Made by a program: the position numbers and the translations under genes
Source: an uncultured SAR86 cluster bacterium
GTDB taxonomy: Bacteria; Pseudomonadota; Gammaproteobacteria; Magnimaribacterales; D2472
Direction: 5' to 3'
Assembly: GCA_902518715.1 (NCBI GenBank)
Contig: CABYHU010000004.1
Span: 7,284 to 71,283, forward strand
Length of the DNA: 64,000 bases
Shown: one piece after another, positions 46,290-56,104 of the stretch
Numbering within the stretch: the first letter of the stretch is position 1
Layout: the number at the start of each line of letters is the position of its first letter
Notes under the pieces: model-generated
The model's input: the letters and a program-made list of their open reading frames with translations, nothing else
Database searches by the model: none
What the model was told of the DNA's origin: nothing

Positions 46290-47276
46290 ATGAATTTCAT
46301 TGACGAAGCTCTGCTTGAAATTAAGGCAGGATCCGGTGGTTCTGGTTGCCTGAGCTTTAGAAGAGAAAAATATATTCCCAGAGGCGGTCCAGATGGCGGG
46401 GATGGTGGTAGAGGCGGAGATGTTTTCCTTAAAGTTAATAAGAACATAAATACATTAGTTGATTTTCATCACAAAAAAGTTATTCAAGCCAAAAATGGCA
46501 GAAATGGTTCTGGTAAAAATATGAAAGGTCAAGATGGAGAATCTATTTTTTTATCAGTACCTCAAGGGACCGTTGTTCTTGATGCAGATACCGGTGATCT
46601 AATAATTGATTGCAATGAAGAAAAAGACTACTTGCTTGCGAAGGGAGGTGATGGAGGATTAGGCAATGCACGTTTCAAATCTAGTACAAATCAAGCACCA
46701 CGAAAAATTACAAAAGGTGAAGATGGCGAATCCATAAATATAAAACTGGAACTCAGGTCTTTAGCGGATGTTGGCTTAGTTGGATTCCCTAATGCTGGAA
46801 AGTCTACCTTTCTTAACACAGTCTCTTCGGCAAAGCCCAAAATAGCAGATTACCCTTTTACTACATTGAGACCTCACCTTGGAACAATTAAATACTCTGA
46901 TAATAGTTTTGTAATTGCAGATATACCAGGAATTATAGAAGGCGCATCTGATGGTCACGGGCTTGGTATTAAGTTTTTAAAGCATATATCAAGAACAGGA
47001 ATCCTTCTTTTCTTTCTTGAAGCTTTTTCAGAAATTTCGGTACAGGATCAATTTCTGAAACTGAAGAAAGAATTAGGAGATTTTTCAGAAAGACTTTTAG
47101 AAAAAGAGTTTTATATAGTTGTTACAAAAATTGATCTAATTGATGAAGAGACTAGATTAGAAACTTTAAATACTTTTAATGCTAAGGAATTTACAAATAT
47201 TTTTGGTATTTCTTCAGTAACGGGTGAGGGCGTTCAAGAACTTCTTGACGATATATCGAGAAAGATTTTTATTTAG
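46290..47276 (+). CDS. obgE: GTPase ObgE/CgtA
   Basis: FRREKYIPRGGPDGGDGG, GFPNAGKS, YPFTT, DIPG, TKID. Confidence 0.97.
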   Translation: MNFIDEALLEIKAGSGGSGCLSFRREKYIPRGGPDGGDGGRGGDVFLKVNKNINTLVDFHHKKVIQAKNGRNGSGKNMKGQDGESIFLSVPQGTVVLDADTGDLIIDCNEEKDYLLAKGGDGGLGNARFKSSTNQAPRKITKGEDGESINIKLELRSLADVGLVGFPNAGKSTFLNTVSSAKPKIADYPFTTLRPHLGTIKYSDNSFVIADIPGIIEGASDGHGLGIKFLKHISRTGILLFFLEAFSEISVQDQFLKLKKELGDFSERLLEKEFYIVVTKIDLIDEETRLETLNTFNAKEFTNIFGISSVTGEGVQELLDDISRKIFI

Positions 47277-47535
47277 AGATTTTTTTAACAGCAGCAGTTA
47301 GTCTACTCTTTGTTCTGGCAGCAGCATTTTTGTGAATAACTTTTTTTGAAGCGGCTGAATCAAGGACTTTTTCAGCAGTTTTTAAGAGGTCTGAAGCTTT
47401 TGCAGCATCATTTTCCTCAATTGCATATCTGACAGCTTTAACTGCTGTTCTTGTTTGAGACCTCTGACTATGTCTAAGCTTATATCTTGCTTTATTTTGT
47501 CTAGCTCTCTTTTCTGCTTGTTTTGAATTAGCCAT
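47269..47535 (-). CDS. rpsT: 30S ribosomal protein S20
   Basis: MANSKQA.KRARQ, IHKNAAAR.KSRL. Confidence 0.97.
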   Translation of the reverse strand: MANSKQAEKRARQNKARYKLRHSQRSQTRTAVKAVRYAIEENDAAKASDLLKTAEKVLDSAASKKVIHKNAAARTKSRLTAAVKKISK

Positions 47536-47558
47536 AAAATGTTATAAAAAGTTGTGCA

Positions 47559-47587
47559 AGTTTAATCATCTGTGCCTAAAATGTCCA
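47559..47587 (-). promoter_or_regulatory. Putative sigma70 promoter of rpsT
   Basis: Minus strand TGGACA-17bp-TAAACT. Confidence 0.55.
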
Positions 47588-47597
47588 CCCTTTCAGG

Positions 47598-48419
47598 TTA
47601 TTTCGTTAATAACCTCTTAAAGGCTTTATCAAGGATCTTTCTTGGAATGAGATTTAACATTTTATCTGTTATGCCAGCAACTATATATCTTGGTTTAGGA
47701 TTCTTAGAATTAACAATTTTCTCAACTTTTTTGGCTACTCGATGAGCTGGAATAGCTATGCTTCTTGCTCTTTTAAGAGTGCCATCCAGTTTTTTTATTG
47801 CTGATGCATATTCTGTATCCTTATATTGTTTTTCCTTCTCATCTTTTTCAAACTTATCCCAAATTGATGATTCAATTGCACCAGGACCAATTACAACTAC
47901 TTTGATATTATGGATTTGAAGTTCTCTTCGCATTGATTCAGAAATTCCTTCAAGTGCAAATTTACTGCCACAATATGATCCCTGCATTGGCAGACCAATC
48001 TTACCGGCCATTGAGCTTATATTAATTATAGTTGCTGATGTGGATTTTTTAAGCATTGGTAGGAATGATTGCGAGCAATTTAATGGCCCCATAACATTGA
48101 CTTCGAAGACTTTTCTTACTTCATTAGATTCTACATACTCCATAGGACCAGAAATATTAATACCTGCATTATTTACCAGACAATTTAAGCCATTTTTACC
48201 CAAATGAGATTCAACTAAATTAGCCGCCTCCTTAATTGCATAAATGTCTGTGACATCAAAAATAAGAGGAGTGAAATTTTCTCCACATATATCTGCTAGT
48301 TTATCCCCATCATTTTGATTTCTTATACTCCCGAAAACTTTCCAACCAATTTGTGAGAAGTGTTCACATATTGCAGCTCCAATTCCTGAAGAAGATCCTG
48401 TGACTAATATAGATTTCAT
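47598..48419 (-). CDS. Short-chain dehydrogenase/reductase (17-beta-HSD/RDH-like subgroup)
   Basis: TGSSSGIG, LVNNAG, YCGSK. Confidence 0.92.
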   Translation of the reverse strand: MKSILVTGSSSGIGAAICEHFSQIGWKVFGSIRNQNDGDKLADICGENFTPLIFDVTDIYAIKEAANLVESHLGKNGLNCLVNNAGINISGPMEYVESNEVRKVFEVNVMGPLNCSQSFLPMLKKSTSATIINISSMAGKIGLPMQGSYCGSKFALEGISESMRRELQIHNIKVVVIGPGAIESSIWDKFEKDEKEKQYKDTEYASAIKKLDGTLKRARSIAIPAHRVAKKVEKIVNSKNPKPRYIVAGITDKMLNLIPRKILDKAFKRLLTK

Positions 48420-48438
48420 GTAATCATTTTATACTAAA

Positions 48439-48789
48439 TGGTGGAGGCGGCGGGAATTGAACCCGCGTCCGTTAGTCCTTCAACCTCGCTTCTACATGTT
48501 TAGCTCATTCTATTATCATTTGCCTTGAAAACCCGAAGAGCAGGACATCAAGGTAGATCTCGATTTAAGTTTCATCAAGTTATGCTCGAGAAGCATAACT
48601 TAACTAGGCTACGTAAATGACCGCTGTTTCAGACCGTAACCATTCTTTACAGCAGGTTTAGCTATTTAAGCAGCTAAAGCGTAGTTGTCGTTATTTGCAA
48701 CTAAAATTTTGAAGTAATTTTTACAAGAAAACTTCATTCTTGACATGCGCTTTGGAATCCAATAAAAACGTCGAATCCTATTCGCCCCC
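48439..48789 (-). ncRNA. ssrA: tmRNA; tag ANNDNYALAA (48666-48698)
   Basis: 5' GGGGGCG..GGATTCGAC, 3' GGGTTCAATTCCC..GCCTCCACCA with G3-U70; tag reading frame; adjacent to smpB. Confidence 0.96.
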
Positions 48790-48813
48790 AAAAAGGGATG
48801 AAATTATACAATA

Positions 48814-49269
48814 TTATTTATTTTTAAGAGAAGATTTTAGTGTCCTTGCCTGGTCTCTTTTCCAATCTCTTTCTTTAATATCCTGTCTCCTGTCATATGA
48901 TTTTTTACCCTTTCCAACGACGATATCGCATTTAACAAGATTGTTTTTCCAATACATTTTTTTTAAAACGCACGTAAGACCCTTTTTCTTAACGGAATCA
49001 TCCAATTGAAAAATTTCTTTTTTATTTAATAAAAGTTTTTTTGATCTTGTCGGATCAAGGTTTTCATTTTTTAGAGAACTTGGTGGATCAATTTTAAGGC
49101 CAATAAGCCAAGCTTCTTCTTTAATAAGCCGCACATAGGAATCTTTAACATCAACTCTTCCTTCTCTAAGAGATTTAACTTCCCAGCCCTTGAGCATAAT
49201 CCCTGCCTCGAAAGACTTAATAAAAGTAAAGTTCCTTGAAGCATTTTTATTAGTGACAATTGCGGTCAT
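48814..49269 (-). CDS. smpB: SsrA-binding protein
   Basis: EAGI.LKGWEVKSLR, R.KKLLL, GKK.YDRR..IKERDW. Confidence 0.97.
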   Translation of the reverse strand: MTAIVTNKNASRNFTFIKSFEAGIMLKGWEVKSLREGRVDVKDSYVRLIKEEAWLIGLKIDPPSSLKNENLDPTRSKKLLLNKKEIFQLDDSVKKKGLTCVLKKMYWKNNLVKCDIVVGKGKKSYDRRQDIKERDWKRDQARTLKSSLKNK

Positions 49270-49315
49270 AACTTATAATTTTAACTTAGAATCAATAGAC
49301 GCAATAAAATTATAT

Positions 49316-49747
49316 ATGCCCTTAAAAACCATTCAATTTTACGGATATCTTGGAGTACTGCCATTTATACTTTTTACGATAGCACCATGGCTTAGTTCTG
49401 ATTTCTCTGATATCTCTCTGAAGGCAATATCATTTTATGGTGGAGTGATTATTTCATTCTTGGGTGGGACTGCTTGGGGATGGACTCCTAATAGCTCGGC
49501 CAATATAAGATTTGGGATAGCATGCACATTTATAAATTTGGTAATCATATTTTTTGTTTTTGAAAACTTTCTTATTGCTTTAGTGATCTGCTTTTTAGCA
49601 TTTCCATTATTTCTCTTTTACGAAACCAATAATAACTCTAGTTTTAAAAATGATAGCGAATATGCCGAAATGAGAAGGATTCTTACTTTATTAGTAACAA
49701 TCTGCTATTTTATATGTCTTGCATTTGTTTTTAACCCATATACCTAG
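49316..49747 (+). CDS. DUF3429-like membrane protein
   Basis: GYLGVLPF, YGGVIISFLGG..WG; start set to ATG 49316 to avoid smpB overlap. Confidence 0.75.
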   Translation: MPLKTIQFYGYLGVLPFILFTIAPWLSSDFSDISLKAISFYGGVIISFLGGTAWGWTPNSSANIRFGIACTFINLVIIFFVFENFLIALVICFLAFPLFLFYETNNNSSFKNDSEYAEMRRILTLLVTICYFICLAFVFNPYT

Positions 49748-49759
49748 CTGGAGGCAATA

Positions 49760-51097
49760 ATGGAACAGTTAAAATCTCATGGAAAATGGTCAGGAAAGTG
49801 GACCTTTATTTTAGCAGCTACTGGCTCTGCTGTTGGATTGGGAAATATATGGGGATTTCCTTATATGGCTGGCACCAATGGTGGTGGAGCATTTGTTTTA
49901 ATTTATCTAGCATGTATTTTAATAATAGGCTTACCAATTATGATGGCTGAAATAGTAATTGGAAGAAGAGCATCTAGCAGTCCGGTTAACTCAATGAAGT
50001 CTGCAGCTTTAGATTCAAATAGATCCTCCAATTGGCAGCTTATAGGATGGGGCGGACTTGTTGCTGGTATATTAATACTATCCTTTTACAGTGTCCTAGC
50101 TGGCATTTGTATAAATTATATTTTTATTTCAGCTCTTCCTGATTTTCAACTATCCTCTGAAGAGCAGTTCAGCATTACTACATCTTCAGCCTCTAATTTA
50201 ATGATTTGGCACACTGTTTTTATATTAGTTACTGCAGGAGTTATAGCTAGTGGGATTAAAAATGGAATTGGGAGATTTGTAAGAGTTCTTATGCCTCTTC
50301 TTGGTTTCATTTTGATTTTAATGGTTTTAAATGCAGTTATTAATGGTGATTTTCTAAGAGGTCTTCAGTTCCTATTTAGTCCTGATTTCAGTCAGGTAAG
50401 TCCTCAGACATTCTTAAGCGCCATGGGACAAGCTTTTTTTAGTTTAAGTTTAGGTATGGGGGCAATCATGACATATGGAGCATATATGTCAGATGATCAA
50501 AAAATATTAAGTACTTCAGTCACTGTTGGAGGTTTGGATACACTTGTTGCCCTAATGGCAGGTCTTGCAATATTCCCAATAATCTTTGCATCAGGACTTG
50601 AAGTCAATAGTGGTGGAGTTGGGTTAGTGTTTATAACACTATCACAAACATTTGAAACAATGTTTTTAGGACAAGTTTTTGGGCCTTTATTTTTTATACT
50701 GCTTGTTATTGCTTCACTGAGTTCCTCTATATCTTTATTGGAGCCAAGCGTAGCCTACTTTTCAGAAAAGAATATTATTTCAAGAAAGAGTGCCGCATTC
50801 ATCTTTGGCTTTTTAGCATGGTTTCTTGGAATAGGAAGCGTGCTTAGTTTTAATATTTTAAGCGACTTCCAACTTCTCGGAGATAGGACAATCCTTGATT
50901 CTATTGTTTTTATAGGAAATAACTTACTTTTACCTTTAGGTGGGCTTTTTGTGGCAATTTTTGTAGGTTGGTTTATGAAAAAAGAACTGATTCAAAAACA
51001 ATTGCAATTAAGCGATGGGTTTTTAAACACTTGGTACTTCTTTATAAGGTTTGTGGCCCCAATTGCAGTGGGAGCGATTTTAATTACACAAATATGA
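49760..51097 (+). CDS. Sodium-dependent transporter, NSS/SNF family
   Basis: GSAVGLGNIW.FPY, GGGAF, GQAFFSLSLG, LPLGG. Confidence 0.95.
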   Translation: MEQLKSHGKWSGKWTFILAATGSAVGLGNIWGFPYMAGTNGGGAFVLIYLACILIIGLPIMMAEIVIGRRASSSPVNSMKSAALDSNRSSNWQLIGWGGLVAGILILSFYSVLAGICINYIFISALPDFQLSSEEQFSITTSSASNLMIWHTVFILVTAGVIASGIKNGIGRFVRVLMPLLGFILILMVLNAVINGDFLRGLQFLFSPDFSQVSPQTFLSAMGQAFFSLSLGMGAIMTYGAYMSDDQKILSTSVTVGGLDTLVALMAGLAIFPIIFASGLEVNSGGVGLVFITLSQTFETMFLGQVFGPLFFILLVIASLSSSISLLEPSVAYFSEKNIISRKSAAFIFGFLAWFLGIGSVLSFNILSDFQLLGDRTILDSIVFIGNNLLLPLGGLFVAIFVGWFMKKELIQKQLQLSDGFLNTWYFFIRFVAPIAVGAILITQI

Positions 51098-51100
51098 TTA

Positions 51101-51547
51101 ATGAAAAGAAATTTCGAAGTAACTCGTATTCTCCCTTTTAAGCACACTCTAGTATTTGAGCAAGTAGCAAACTTTGAAAGGTATGAACAATATTTACCCT
51201 TTTGTAATGAATCAAGGTCATTAAATACTGACAACAAAGATTTTTCTCAAATTGGCGAGCTTGAATTTGAGATTGCCGGCGTGAGTTATAAAATTAAGTC
51301 AGGAAATGTTATCGAGGATGAAAGAATTCTGATAACTCAAATTAAAGGACCATTTGAGGAAATGAATGCTTCTTGGGATGTCGAACATCTAAATGATAAA
51401 AGTTGTAGGATTTCATTTAAAGCTAATGCAAAGGTTCCTTATTTTTTAGGGATCCTCTTAAGTGACTCAACAGTAGAAAAATTTGTAAATGTTTTTCTTG
51501 ATAGCTTTGTTAATGATTTAGCTGCAAGAAATAAAACAGAGAACTAA
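51101..51547 (+). CDS. ratA: RatA/PasT (Coq10-like START domain) protein
   Basis: V..FERY..YLPFC, GPF....W; position between smpB region and bamE. Confidence 0.8.
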   Translation: MKRNFEVTRILPFKHTLVFEQVANFERYEQYLPFCNESRSLNTDNKDFSQIGELEFEIAGVSYKIKSGNVIEDERILITQIKGPFEEMNASWDVEHLNDKSCRISFKANAKVPYFLGILLSDSTVEKFVNVFLDSFVNDLAARNKTEN

Positions 51548-51558
51548 AAAAAGAAACT

Positions 51559-51882
51559 CTATTCTGAAACAATTTTCCAAGATGATAAAAGATTTTTGTC
51601 ATCAAAGATTACAACAAGTTTCTTTTCAACAATTTTCTCATCTCCAATCGTAATAAGATTTAAGTAATCCCATCTGTTTGAGTGAAAAGGATCTTTTATC
51701 ATTGGCGAACCCAAAATGAACTGCACTTGATCCATTGATTGACCGACTTGAAGCTTTTCAATATCCTCTTCTTCAAAAATATTACCTTGAGTAACAGGCA
51801 CCTTATAGAAACTGAAAGATGAACAAGAAGAAATTAAAAAAATTAGTAGAAATGCAGTTGAAACTTTTAGATTTTCTTTCAT
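51559..51882 (-). CDS. bamE: Outer membrane assembly lipoprotein BamE
   Basis: Lipobox ISSC, QGN, QVQFILGSP...DPFH..RWDY; alternative ATG at 51891. Confidence 0.93.
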   Translation of the reverse strand: MKENLKVSTAFLLIFLISSCSSFSFYKVPVTQGNIFEEEDIEKLQVGQSMDQVQFILGSPMIKDPFHSNRWDYLNLITIGDEKIVEKKLVVIFDDKNLLSSWKIVSE

Positions 51883-51928
51883 AATATTCATCGATTATAC
51901 TAAAGGAAGTAAATTAATCTATAACTTT

Positions 51929-52339
51929 ATGAGCACACAAGACGCTGTTAAAAAAGCTGGACTTAAAGCAACTTTACCAAGAATGTTGATACTTGAGGTA
52001 TTGGCTAAAACTATTGATAGTGAAGTTCATCTAAGCGCAGAAGATATTTATAAAGATCTTCTCACGAGTGGTGATGATGTTGGCCTAGCAACTGTTTATA
52101 GAGTTCTATCACAATTTGAATCTGCTGGAATAGTTACCAGGCATAATTTTGAAGAGGGGCACTCAGTCTATGAGATGACCCAAGATCATCATCATGACCA
52201 TATGGTTTGCGTTGATACTGGAAAAACTATCGAGTTTCATGATCCAGAAATTGAAAAAAGACAGGATGATATTGCAGCTTCTCATGGGTATGAGATTGTA
52301 GATAGAAGTTCAGTTATTTTCGTCAAAAAGACTGATTAA
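51929..52339 (+). CDS. fur: Ferric uptake regulator
   Basis: GLKATLPR, HLSAEDIY, GLATVYRVL.QFE, HHDHMVC. Confidence 0.96.
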   Translation: MSTQDAVKKAGLKATLPRMLILEVLAKTIDSEVHLSAEDIYKDLLTSGDDVGLATVYRVLSQFESAGIVTRHNFEEGHSVYEMTQDHHHDHMVCVDTGKTIEFHDPEIEKRQDDIAASHGYEIVDRSSVIFVKKTD

Positions 52340-52345
52340 AAAAAG

Positions 52346-52373
52346 CTTGAAGTAATTCCACAAATCCCTATAT
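52346..52373 (+). promoter_or_regulatory. Sigma32 heat-shock promoter of grpE-dnaK-dnaJ
   Basis: CTTGAA-14bp-CCCTATAT versus consensus CTTGAAA-N13/14-CCCCATAT. Confidence 0.7.
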
Positions 52374-52391
52374 ATCTACTAGGGAGAAAAT

Positions 52392-52910
52392 ATGTCTAAA
52401 GAAAAGGATGAAAATATCACAGATGATATTCATTCCGAATCTGAAACTGATGAACTTGAGGAGTCCAATGAAGTTTCAGATGAAGAAAGAATAGCTGAAT
52501 TAGAAGACACGATACTTAGATTAAGAGCTGAACTTGATAATTCACAGAAGCGTTCTGTAGCTGAAGTTGAAAAAGCTCATAAATATGGTGTTGAGAGATT
52601 GCTTTTAGAGTTATTGCCTGTTGTAGACAATTTAGAACACGCTTTAAAGAATCTAAGTAAAGATGTTTCTGACTCTGATAAAGAGGGTATTGAGTTAACA
52701 CTTAAGTCTTTTGAGTCTGCTCTTGATAAATTTGGAATTAGTCCTATTTATCCCATTAGTGAGGATTTTGATCCTATTCAGCACGAGGCTGTCTCTGTAG
52801 TTAAGGATGGAAAACATGCTGACAATAAGATTGTTGAAGTGATGCAAAAGGGATGGAAACTTCATGAGAGAGTTATTAGACCATCAAGAGTTGTGGTCGT
52901 AAAAAATTAG
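52392..52910 (+). CDS. grpE: Nucleotide exchange factor GrpE
   Basis: LLPVVDNLE.AL, FDP..HEA, QKG.KL..RVIRP. Confidence 0.96.
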   Translation: MSKEKDENITDDIHSESETDELEESNEVSDEERIAELEDTILRLRAELDNSQKRSVAEVEKAHKYGVERLLLELLPVVDNLEHALKNLSKDVSDSDKEGIELTLKSFESALDKFGISPIYPISEDFDPIQHEAVSVVKDGKHADNKIVEVMQKGWKLHERVIRPSRVVVVKN

Positions 52911-52919
52911 AGGAAATTT

Positions 52920-54842
52920 ATGTCAAAAATAATAGGAATAGATTTAGGTACCACAAATAGTTGTGTTGCTGTTGTAGAGGGGCAACAACCAAAAGTTATT
53001 GAAAATTCAGAAGGTGGAAGAACCACTCCTTCAGTTATTGCTTATACTGATGGTGATGAAGTTCTTGTTGGAACACCTGCCAAAAGACAGGCTGTAACTA
53101 ATCCTGAAAAAACCCTATATGCCATTAAAAGATTAATTGGAAGAAGGTTTAGCGATGATGTTGTCAAAAAAGATGCTGATATGGTTCCATACAAGATAAT
53201 CAAAGCGGACAATGGCGATGCTTGGGTTGGGGTTGATGACAAAAAATTAGCACCACCACAAGTTTCTGCAGAAATACTCAAGAAAATGAAAAAAACTGCT
53301 GAAGATTATCTTGGCACAGATGTTAAGGAAGCAGTTATAACTGTTCCAGCTTATTTTAATGACTCCCAGCGACAGGCTACTAAAGATGCCGGGAAGATAG
53401 CAGGCTTAGAAGTTAAACGAATAATTAATGAACCAACTGCAGCTGCGTTGGCTTACGGCCTTGATAAAGGTAAAGGAGATTCAGTTATTGCTGTTTATGA
53501 CCTTGGTGGTGGAACTTTTGATATTTCGATAATTGAAATATCGGAAGTTGATGGCGAACATCAGTTTGAGGTGCTATCAACAAATGGAGATACTTTCCTT
53601 GGCGGAGAGGATTTTGATTTAAGATTGATAGATTTTTTTGTTGAAGAGTTTAAAAAAGATTCAGGGTTTGATTTGAAAAGCGATCCGTTAGCTCTTCAAA
53701 GATTGAAAGAGGCTGCCGAAAAGGCAAAAATAGAATTATCTTCTTCAGAGCAGACTGAGGTTAATCTGCCTTACATTACTGCAGATGCTAGTGGTCCGAA
53801 GCACTTTGTTCAAAAAATTACCAGGGCTAAGTTAGAGTCATTGGTAGAAGATTTAGTTGATAGAAGTATATCTCCTCTTGAAACAGCATTAAAAGATGCA
53901 AAACTTTCAAAGGATAAAATTGATGATATTCTTTTGGTTGGTGGTCAAACTAGAATGCCTCTTGTTCAGAAAAAAGTTCAAGACTTTTTTGGAAAAGAGC
54001 CGCGAAAAGATTTAAACCCTGATGAAGCTGTTGCAATTGGTGCAGCGATTCAAGGATCAGTTCTATCTGGCGATACAAAAGATGTACTTCTTCTAGATGT
54101 TACACCATTGACGCTAGGAATTGAGACTCTTGGAGGAGTAGCAACACCTCTAATTGAAAAGAATACGACTATTCCAACTCAAAAATCACAAGTTTTTTCA
54201 ACCGCCGAGGATAACCAAACTGCTGTTACAGTTCACGTAATCCAAGGTGAAAGAAAACAGGCAGCTCAAAATAAATCATTAGGGCAATTTAATCTTACTG
54301 ATATTCCTCCAGCAGCAAGAGGAATGCCTCAAATCGAAGTTTCTTTTGATTTAGATGCAAATGGTATTTTGAATGTTTCTGCAAAAGATAAAAATTCTGG
54401 CAAAGAGCAATCCATAGTCATTAAAGCTTCAAGCGGATTATCAGATGAAGACATTGAAAAAATGGTAAAAGATGCTGAAGCTAATGCTGAGGATGATGCC
54501 AAGTTTGAAGAACTTGTAAAAGTTAAAAATAATGCAGACATGTTATGCCATGCAACAAGAAAAACTGTTTCTGACTCGGGTGATAAATTATCAGATGAAG
54601 AAAAAGAACAAATTGAAGCAGCAGTTAAAGCTCTTGAGGATGCAGCTAAAGCAGAAAATGTTGAGCAAATTGAAGAAGCAACTAAATCATTAAATGATGT
54701 ATTAACTCCTTTATCATCTAAACTTTATAATCAACAACAAGATGGAGAGCCTAATCCTTCAGAAGGGGCTGAAGATTCTCAGGGTAGTGATGACAATACG
54801 GTTGAAGCTGACTTTGAGGAAGTTCAAGAAGAGGATAAGTAG
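52920..54842 (+). CDS. dnaK: Chaperone DnaK
   Basis: [25 protein letters not shown]. Confidence 0.99.
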   Translation: MSKIIGIDLGTTNSCVAVVEGQQPKVIENSEGGRTTPSVIAYTDGDEVLVGTPAKRQAVTNPEKTLYAIKRLIGRRFSDDVVKKDADMVPYKIIKADNGDAWVGVDDKKLAPPQVSAEILKKMKKTAEDYLGTDVKEAVITVPAYFNDSQRQATKDAGKIAGLEVKRIINEPTAAALAYGLDKGKGDSVIAVYDLGGGTFDISIIEISEVDGEHQFEVLSTNGDTFLGGEDFDLRLIDFFVEEFKKDSGFDLKSDPLALQRLKEAAEKAKIELSSSEQTEVNLPYITADASGPKHFVQKITRAKLESLVEDLVDRSISPLETALKDAKLSKDKIDDILLVGGQTRMPLVQKKVQDFFGKEPRKDLNPDEAVAIGAAIQGSVLSGDTKDVLLLDVTPLTLGIETLGGVATPLIEKNTTIPTQKSQVFSTAEDNQTAVTVHVIQGERKQAAQNKSLGQFNLTDIPPAARGMPQIEVSFDLDANGILNVSAKDKNSGKEQSIVIKASSGLSDEDIEKMVKDAEANAEDDAKFEELVKVKNNADMLCHATRKTVSDSGDKLSDEEKEQIEAAVKALEDAAKAENVEQIEEATKSLNDVLTPLSSKLYNQQQDGEPNPSEGAEDSQGSDDNTVEADFEEVQEEDK

Positions 54843-54857
54843 TAATACTTCTTTACC

Positions 54858-55967
54858 ATGTCAAAAAGAGACTATTACGATGTTTTGGGAGTCTCTAAAA
54901 GCGCTTCGGACTCAGAGTTAAAAAAAGCTTTTAAAAAGCTTGCCATGAAGTATCATCCTGATAGAAATCCTGATGATGATTCAGCAGCAGAAAAGTTCAA
55001 AGAAGCTGCCGAAGCATATGATGTTTTATCTGATCCACAAAAAAAATCTACATATGATCAATTCGGTCATGCTGGAGTTCAGGGGATGGGCGGTGGTCCA
55101 AACTTTAATGACATGAATTTTTCTGATATTGGAGACATATTTGGAGATATTTTTGGAGATATATTTGGAGGTGGAAGGTCAACAACAAGAAGAGCTAGAA
55201 GGGGTCAAGATCTTCAATATAATCTTAATCTATCTCTAAAAGACGCTGTTTTAGGAACAAAGATTAAAATCAAAGTGCCAGTTCAATCACAGTGTAATGA
55301 TTGTTCTGGAACTGGAGCAAAGCCTGGAACTAAACCCAAAGTTTGTCCAGCATGTGGAGGTACAGGCCAAATTAGAATGCAACAAGGTTTTTTTTCACTT
55401 CAACAAACATGTGGAACTTGTGGAGGAACAGGCCAAGTTATTTCTGAATTTTGTTCGACATGCTCAGGAAAAGGAACTATTGAGAAGGTAAAAACTTTAT
55501 CAGTAAATATTCCAGCTGGAGTAGATACTGGAGATAGGGTTAGACTATCTGGAGAGGGAAACTGGGCAAGAGATGCACAGCCTGGAGATCTATATGTTGC
55601 TGTGCGAGTCGATGATCATCCTATTCTCGAAAGAGATGGCAAAGATTTATTCATAGAAGCTCCTATACCTTTTTATAAAGCTATCACAGGAGGCTCAATT
55701 GAAATTCCATCTTTAGAAAAGAATATCTCACTTAAAATCCCACCATATACTCAAACTGGAAAAATTTTTAGAATAAAAGGTAAAGGTGCTAGTCACATAA
55801 GATCGAGAGGTAGGGGTGATCTATTGTGCAGAGTAATTGTTGAAATACCCACAACACTTGATAAAAAACAACTCAAAGCACTTGAAGAATTTTCAAAATC
55901 AACAGATGAAAGCAAGAATTTCCCTGGCACCGATCAATTCAAAAAGGTATTCAAAGAGTTAGATTAA
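54858..55967 (+). CDS. dnaJ: Chaperone DnaJ
   Basis: HPD J-domain, G/F region, four CxxCxGxG. Confidence 0.99.
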   Translation: MSKRDYYDVLGVSKSASDSELKKAFKKLAMKYHPDRNPDDDSAAEKFKEAAEAYDVLSDPQKKSTYDQFGHAGVQGMGGGPNFNDMNFSDIGDIFGDIFGDIFGGGRSTTRRARRGQDLQYNLNLSLKDAVLGTKIKIKVPVQSQCNDCSGTGAKPGTKPKVCPACGGTGQIRMQQGFFSLQQTCGTCGGTGQVISEFCSTCSGKGTIEKVKTLSVNIPAGVDTGDRVRLSGEGNWARDAQPGDLYVAVRVDDHPILERDGKDLFIEAPIPFYKAITGGSIEIPSLEKNISLKIPPYTQTGKIFRIKGKGASHIRSRGRGDLLCRVIVEIPTTLDKKQLKALEEFSKSTDESKNFPGTDQFKKVFKELD

Positions 55968-56009
55968 ATTTCTCTTTGATTTATGCATCATTTTCTATAA
56001 AATACACTA

Positions 56010-56104
56010 ACTTTTAATCACGAAAGCCTTATTAAAGATTGATTTGGGTGCTTTTTTTAAAGTTTTTCAATTATAGGCTGGAGAAATAACCCAGGAGGAA
56101 AAAT
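56010..56104 (+). promoter_or_regulatory. S2 (rpsB) leader
   Basis: AGCCT/AGGCT stem, GGGTGC, TGGAG..ATAACCC conserved elements; promoter-like TTGATT/TAAAAT at 55976-56003. Confidence 0.65.

Noticed and set aside
48740-49315. Plus-strand ORF 48740-49009 and the long N-terminal extension of ORF 49190
   Set aside because: They overlap tmRNA and smpB in antisense; the real start is likely ATG 49316
55129-55170. Tandem GGAGA(C/T)AT(A/T)TTT repeats in dnaJ
   Set aside because: They encode the normal DIF/GDIF repeats of the DnaJ G/F region
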